From assembly GCA_030706285.1 (NCBI GenBank), contig JAUZOU010000002.1:1-35854 (forward strand): a stretch of 35,854 nt of DNA, in the 5' to 3' direction. Numbering within the stretch: position 1 is the first letter of the stretch; the number at the start of each line of letters is the position of its first letter. Positions 30,941 through 35,854 of the stretch are shown here, one piece after another. Source of the stretch: Bacteroidota bacterium (lineage in GTDB: Bacteria; Bacteroidota; Bacteroidia; Bacteroidales; UBA1402). A model generated the notes under the pieces. That model was not told where the DNA came from. It was given only the letters and a program-made list of their open reading frames with translations, and did not search any database. Both the position numbers and the translations under genes were made by a program.

Positions 30941-32112
30941 GACTTATACCTGATTAGTTTCTTTATCGCCTGTTTCACTCTATATTGTCTGATACGACGG
31001 GCATACCGTTGATCAAGCGCACTGGCAAATCCGTTTTGCTGAACCGCCCTGAGCATCTGTGCTCTTAGTTCAAGTGAATACTCAGCCTTATTCCGTTTAT
31101 AGGCATATTCATATTGGCTTTTGTCCAGATTTTTAAGATAGACATTCGAATCTTTTCTAAGTTCTTCGACAATGGCTTTCCCTTTTTCTGAGTTGGCAAT
31201 CATAAGTGAAATGCCAGTATCATCATCATCAACAACGCCTTTTCTTCCAACAAAATCGCCAATTGTCAGATCAGAGCCATGATAATGAATGGCTTCACAG
31301 GCATAACAGGATCGCCTTAGCAATAAACCATCCAGGAACGCCATATAAAACGGATCTTCCAGGAACGCTCTGCTTCTTTGAAGTTTTCCATTGGCTGCCA
31401 CATACTTGACACTCATCATGTTACCCGACCAACCACTTTTCTTGGAGCAAAAATCGATCGAGACCAGCTCACTCTTTAGCTTTTCTTCTATGGTCCTGAT
31501 ATATTGTGAAAAATGGTCGTTCGAGAGGACTCCATGACAAATGAAATCAACTAAGATCAAGTGACCGGTATCGATGTGCAATACCTCCAGAAACCGTTTC
31601 AATCCAAGTACTTGACAGGGAGTTCCGCAATACAGGACCCATCTGTTTTGCTTCAGAAATTTTCTGACTGCTGAAAAGGCCTCCAGCGTATTGGATTCGA
31701 AATATTTTGACTGTCTGAAAGCAGACAAGTCGAAGTCATCTGTATGGCATTGTTCGAGCCTCTTCTTTTTGTAATCGTATCTTGCACCAAAGACAACCCC
31801 TGAATCGTCCAGGACGCTAGTTGAAAGGACAGAAAAGAAACCGCCGGATGAACTCTTTGCAACCAGTTGCTTATCTCTGCTCCAACCGGCATAACCCTCT
31901 ATCCCGGCCAGATCGACCTTTTCTTTATCCACAAAAACAGGACATGCCTTTTCACACAAGCCACAATCGCTACACGTATCCATGTTAACAACAGGCATCA
32001 GAAATCCTTCCGTGTCTGCACGTAGTTGAAGGCTACTAGAACCACAGATATTCACACAGGATCCGCAGGCTGTACATAAATCAGTAATCTCGAGAATTTT
32101 AAGTCTTGTCAT
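30937..32112 (-). CDS. FeS protein resembling the coenzyme F420 hydrogenase/dehydrogenase beta subunit (2 x 4Fe-4S ferredoxin motifs)
   Basis: CTACGSCVNICG and CSDCGLCEKACP cluster motifs at the N-terminus, followed by a FrhB/FdhB-like region (YCGTPCQVLGLKRF). Confidence 0.75.
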   Translation of the reverse strand: MTRLKILEITDLCTACGSCVNICGSSSLQLRADTEGFLMPVVNMDTCSDCGLCEKACPVFVDKEKVDLAGIEGYAGWSRDKQLVAKSSSGGFFSVLSTSVLDDSGVVFGARYDYKKKRLEQCHTDDFDLSAFRQSKYFESNTLEAFSAVRKFLKQNRWVLYCGTPCQVLGLKRFLEVLHIDTGHLILVDFICHGVLSNDHFSQYIRTIEEKLKSELVSIDFCSKKSGWSGNMMSVKYVAANGKLQRSRAFLEDPFYMAFLDGLLLRRSCYACEAIHYHGSDLTIGDFVGRKGVVDDDDTGISLMIANSEKGKAIVEELRKDSNVYLKNLDKSQYEYAYKRNKAEYSLELRAQMLRAVQQNGFASALDQRYARRIRQYRVKQAIKKLIRYKS

Positions 32113-33382
32113 GTTTAAATTTCATTTTCAGCCCAATCAGGGCTACATTCCCGATGAAAAACAACACAAAACTGATGACCGTACCCCATGCTGCCCCAAT
32201 GGCTCCCCCTTTTGATATGAACATAGAATACATCCAGATACAAAGCAAACTACCGATAATCTTATTAATCAGCGTGATTCTTGTAAACCCCAATGCAATG
32301 GTCACCTGTGACAATGAATAATAAAGCATGCTGGTTATGGAAGAAAGGGCAACAATCATAGCATACTTGGTAGAAGCCACATACCTTCCGGCAGTAAGAA
32401 TATTCACCAGAAAAGGAGCCAACGCAATAAATACCAGTGCGACGACAGAAACGAAACCCACCATGACGACTATGATTCGTGTACATCTCCTGAAATCCCG
32501 ATGGACAACGCTTTCAAAAATATCCGGTTGAAACGTATTGTTGATTGAGGTAGAGACAATGCTCAGGTAGCCCGCAATTTGTACACCGACCACATAAAAA
32601 CCAAGCTCTGCCAGATTTCCTTGCCTTTCCAGAATCACTCTGTCAAAACCAGTGGCAAAAAACGATAACATGGATGCCAACACCAATGGATAACAAAACT
32701 TTATGGCATCCAAAAACAGTAACTTATTCAATTTAACCTTAAATAGTTGCCTGTTGTTGTAGAAACAATAGCCAAAAACGATCAGATTACCCAACAATGG
32801 CGCCAGCAACTTGCCAAAAGCGCCATATTTCAGTAAAACGACCAATAAAATGACCAGACATAAGCCTAGCAATCCGCTCAATACAGAAAGCCGGAAGAAC
32901 TCTTTGCTCCTTCTCTGCATTCTGTAGTCAGTTAATGTCAACGAATAAAGACCAACCAATGGTATAGTCATAACTGAAAGCAGTGCATAAGGCATAAACG
33001 GTATTTCGGTATCAACATTGAATAGTTTTACGTACACATACAAACCACCCAAAGAAATAAGTGCATTGATCAAAGAAAAGTATATCAGCACCTTTACCAG
33101 AACCGCTTTCAATTCCTTTCTGCCATCTTCGGATAATTCAAAATACCGCTTCGTATAATAATGCAGTAAATAAAATTCAATAAAAGGCGAAATCAATAAG
33201 TTGAAGGCCGTATAATATCCGACAATGGCATAATCTGTCGGAGACATATTCATGGCAATAAGCGGATTGACGATGACAGCTAATGCGGTAGGGATGATCG
33301 AAGCCAGCGTATAGATACCCAGATCAAAGACCTGTTTTTTATGTTGATGTATCGTATCGACACAATGTTGGTATAAACCCAT
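32099..33382 (-). CDS. wzx: Wzx-type oligosaccharide flippase (MOP superfamily polysaccharide biosynthesis protein)
   Basis: 427 aa with about 12 predicted TM segments throughout. Its position next to wzy and the glycosyltransferases fits. Confidence 0.75.
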   Translation of the reverse strand: MGLYQHCVDTIHQHKKQVFDLGIYTLASIIPTALAVIVNPLIAMNMSPTDYAIVGYYTAFNLLISPFIEFYLLHYYTKRYFELSEDGRKELKAVLVKVLIYFSLINALISLGGLYVYVKLFNVDTEIPFMPYALLSVMTIPLVGLYSLTLTDYRMQRRSKEFFRLSVLSGLLGLCLVILLVVLLKYGAFGKLLAPLLGNLIVFGYCFYNNRQLFKVKLNKLLFLDAIKFCYPLVLASMLSFFATGFDRVILERQGNLAELGFYVVGVQIAGYLSIVSTSINNTFQPDIFESVVHRDFRRCTRIIVVMVGFVSVVALVFIALAPFLVNILTAGRYVASTKYAMIVALSSITSMLYYSLSQVTIALGFTRITLINKIIGSLLCIWMYSMFISKGGAIGAAWGTVISFVLFFIGNVALIGLKMKFKHDKT

Positions 33383-33442
33383 TTATAAACTGTTAAAATG
33401 ACGTTATATAAAAAGCCTCACCAGATTCATCTATTCCTGGTA

Positions 33443-34276
33443 TCAAAACACTTTGTAGTTAATCAGCGAAAATGGAGCAGATTTCTTCAGGGTGTTTTTC
33501 ATCAGCAATGCAGCTTCATCCCTATATAATGGATTTCCCGGGTGGCACATCAATTCGATCGTGATCGTCTTTTTTCTGCGAATCAGGTCATACCGTTTGA
33601 TGAAATCAGCATACGAGAAAAAAAGGTTGGCCGTTTCGAAATCGTGTATCGTCCGGCAATACCAAATTCTATTTTTGATGGCCGTTTCAATCCGTTTCCT
33701 GATATCAAGGCGGTGCTGAATCATCATTGCTTCTCCTGCCGGTCTTCGTGGCTCAAGATCATCGTCAAGTGGCCTTTTCCTGCACATAAACACCAACGGA
33801 TAAACATAATTCAGCCGGATTTTCCTGATGCCAAAATCATTGGCAAGTTTTTTCATTACTTCATAAAGTTCGTATTGAGTATGGCAATGATGATGTCCAT
33901 CAATATGAGTCACTTGAATGCCAGCATCCAGCAGCTTGATGAGTTGAGCCGACCATTCTTTATAGATGGCATATTTCAGTTCCTTTGTATAATTGACATT
34001 GTGTAATGCGCTTTTGATAAATTCTCCTTTATCGTTGATCATCGCATAGTTGTGGAAAATCGTAGCATTGGTCAATGGTTTGAATTCAGTCAGATTCAGA
34101 TGAACACCGTAAGAAATAGATGGATGACGCTTTACAATATCAGAGACTGAACTAAATGCCTCTCCATTGGCAAGGATAGTGGAAGAGGTGATCGCACCCA
34201 CTTCCATGAATTTTTCAATACAAGCATTGACTTCATGACTGATACCAAGATCATCTGCATTAATAATCACATTCAT
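33443..34276 (-). CDS. YdjC/ChbG/HpnK-family carbohydrate deacetylase
   Basis: MNVIINADDLGISHEVNACIEKFMEVGAITSSTIL and VTHIDGHHHCH are the signature metal-binding motifs of the YdjC-like family. Confidence 0.85.
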   Translation of the reverse strand: MNVIINADDLGISHEVNACIEKFMEVGAITSSTILANGEAFSSVSDIVKRHPSISYGVHLNLTEFKPLTNATIFHNYAMINDKGEFIKSALHNVNYTKELKYAIYKEWSAQLIKLLDAGIQVTHIDGHHHCHTQYELYEVMKKLANDFGIRKIRLNYVYPLVFMCRKRPLDDDLEPRRPAGEAMMIQHRLDIRKRIETAIKNRIWYCRTIHDFETANLFFSYADFIKRYDLIRRKKTITIELMCHPGNPLYRDEAALLMKNTLKKSAPFSLINYKVF

Positions 34277-34391
34277 GTCCCTGAAATTTTAATTAGCCTG
34301 GTATGAAACTCGCACGCTGAACTTACCAACATAGGTACTTGCTCAACGAATGCTTGTTTCATACCAATATCTTGATCTGGTTAGGAGCCAT

Positions 34392-35854
34392 CTATGCCGT
34401 GGGTGCAGGATTGGCCACCTTTTTTTTGCGCTTCTGTTCATAATATCCGTACCCATAACCATATCTCTTTCGATAGCCATACCTGTATGAGGATGACTTT
34501 CTCATGTCTGCTGCATTCAGTACGAAATACATATTATTAAGCATCTGATTGTTATAGACTTCATTCGCTTCCTGAATATCACCTTTATGCGTATAATCGG
34601 CTCGCACCACATACAGATTGACATCGGCAAAACGATTGAGCAACAAGCTGTCGGAAACGGCACCGATGGGCGGCGTATCAATAACGATGTAATCAAACTG
34701 GTTTCTGTAAAGAGTGATCAACTCATCCAAAGCAGGTTTGGCCAACAATTCGTTCGGATTTGGCGGGGTTGGTCCCGAAGTGATCGCCCAAAGATTCGGA
34801 TGGATACCTGACGGACGGACAAGCTTAGTCAGTGGCAGTTGTCCCGAAAGATATTGTGTCACACCGGTCATATTATCAAGCCCAATGAATTTGCCCATTT
34901 TTGGTTTGCGGATATCCAGACCAAGGATAAGTACCTTCTTGTCAAGAAGCGCCAGGCTTAAAGCCAGGTTGATGGCGATTGAGGTTTTTCCTTCTCCCTT
35001 TATCGTTGAAACGACGTTGATGACTTTCTTCCAAGGCTCATTCAGAACAAACATCAGATTGGTCCGTAACAGCCGGAACATTTCTGTAAATCCGTCCGTT
35101 GCATTTTCCTGAATGATAATGCTATTCGGCTGACTGCTCTTTGGAATTTCACCCAAAATCGGAACAGATGAAATCTTTCGAAGTTCTTCCCGGTTTTCCA
35201 CAGTGAAATGCAATATGTTACGAATAGACACACCTGTAAACGGAAGAAGCACACCGGCTAAAAAAGCCAACAGATAAATGACGTCACGCTCCGGAGATAC
35301 TGGGACGCCATTGCTACGTGGATAACCTATCGTCTTAAATTTGGGCGTTACGGTTGATGTATTCAGATAATTTTCATCCTTTTTCTGGAGCAAGTATAAA
35401 TACAACTGGGATTTGACATCTTGCTGACGTGACAGATCCGAAATAGTCCGTTCATAACGCGGAATGGATTTTATGCGAGCGGCATTTTCCCTCTCTTTAG
35501 CGGTAATATCCTGCTGAGACATAATCAGGTTTCGTTTTTCATTGTTGATGCTGGATTGGACTGTCCTGAACAAGGCATCGGTGCGGTCCTTTAAATTGAC
35601 CATAACCTGATTGTTTTCGGTAGCTGTATGAGAAAGACGCTTACGTTCAAGCAACAGATTGTTGTATTCGCTGATTAGAGCATTAAGGCCTGTACTTAAC
35701 ACGCCGATACCTGATGGCAACAGCTGATCGCTATTCCCGCTTTTGTTAACATAATTTTCAAGATCCTTGATAATACCAATCTGCGTACCCAACTCAAGAC
35801 GTCTTTGTTCATATTGGCCTGAGCGCTGCACATACAGTTGTGATTCAGTATTGA
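34392..35854 (-). CDS. wzc: Wzc-type polysaccharide co-polymerase / bacterial tyrosine autokinase (N-terminus lies beyond the window)
   Basis: The reading frame stays open to the right edge; the GTG at 35831 in the ORF track is not the true start. Coiled-coil PCP region, TM segment VIYLLAFLAGVLLPF, Walker A STIKGEGKTSIAINLA, Walker A' VLILGLDIRKP, Walker B YIVIDTPP, C-terminal Tyr cluster SSYRYGYRKRYGYGYGYYEQ. Confidence 0.9.
   Translation of the reverse strand, partial: NTESQLYVQRSGQYEQRRLELGTQIGIIKDLENYVNKSGNSDQLLPSGIGVLSTGLNALISEYNNLLLERKRLSHTATENNQVMVNLKDRTDALFRTVQSSINNEKRNLIMSQQDITAKERENAARIKSIPRYERTISDLSRQQDVKSQLYLYLLQKKDENYLNTSTVTPKFKTIGYPRSNGVPVSPERDVIYLLAFLAGVLLPFTGVSIRNILHFTVENREELRKISSVPILGEIPKSSQPNSIIIQENATDGFTEMFRLLRTNLMFVLNEPWKKVINVVSTIKGEGKTSIAINLALSLALLDKKVLILGLDIRKPKMGKFIGLDNMTGVTQYLSGQLPLTKLVRPSGIHPNLWAITSGPTPPNPNELLAKPALDELITLYRNQFDYIVIDTPPIGAVSDSLLLNRFADVNLYVVRADYTHKGDIQEANEVYNNQMLNNMYFVLNAADMRKSSSYRYGYRKRYGYGYGYYEQKRKKKVANPAPTA

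Noticed and set aside
1-35854. Mobile elements, tRNA/rRNA genes, CRISPR arrays, toxin-antitoxin or phage-defence genes
   Set aside because: I read all ORF products and the larger intergenic gaps. There are no transposase, integrase or recombinase motifs, no terminal inverted repeats or direct-repeat-flanked segments, and no cloverleaf-sized structured gap. I found nothing to report.

Overview
The window looks like Bacteroidota DNA: it has T9SS C-terminal sorting domains, BspA-type LRR proteins, Bacteroides-style capsule genes and one near-consensus -33/-7 promoter. It has two parts.

(1) Left part, about 1..7.8 kb. It holds a soluble hybrid sensor kinase/response regulator, a convergent putative outer-membrane beta-barrel gene, and three tandem plus-strand BspA-like leucine-rich-repeat surface-protein genes. 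Two of these carry T9SS sorting domains. The middle one has neither a signal peptide nor a sorting domain.

(2) Right part, about 7.85 kb to the right edge. It is one long minus-strand Wzx/Wzy-dependent polysaccharide (capsule or O-antigen) locus. In transcription order it contains:
- a partial Wzc tyrosine autokinase
- a YdjC-like deacetylase
- Wzx
- an FeS/F420-dehydrogenase-like protein plus a pyruvyl transferase
- Wzy
- a GT2 and two GT-B glycosyltransferases
- a secreted protein with hyaluronidase (GH56)-like motifs
- an unusual block of about 13 kb, described below
- a final secreted 662-aa protein.

The 13-kb block holds a DltA-type adenylating enzyme, three small carrier proteins, two KAS III (FabH)-like enzymes, a nitroreductase-domain protein and a GNAT. 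It also holds a duplicated [ATP-grasp ligase + small phosphoglycosyl transferase] pair, a WbuB-like GT4, a NeuD/PglD-type acyltransferase and a DegT-type aminotransferase.

The most interesting candidate is this carrier-protein-dependent module. It appears to acylate or aminoacylate the polysaccharide repeat unit, in a Dlt-like way but without DltB or DltD. I found no rRNA, tRNA, CRISPR, transposase or integrase. All functional calls rest on motif reading of the supplied translations. No database search was run.
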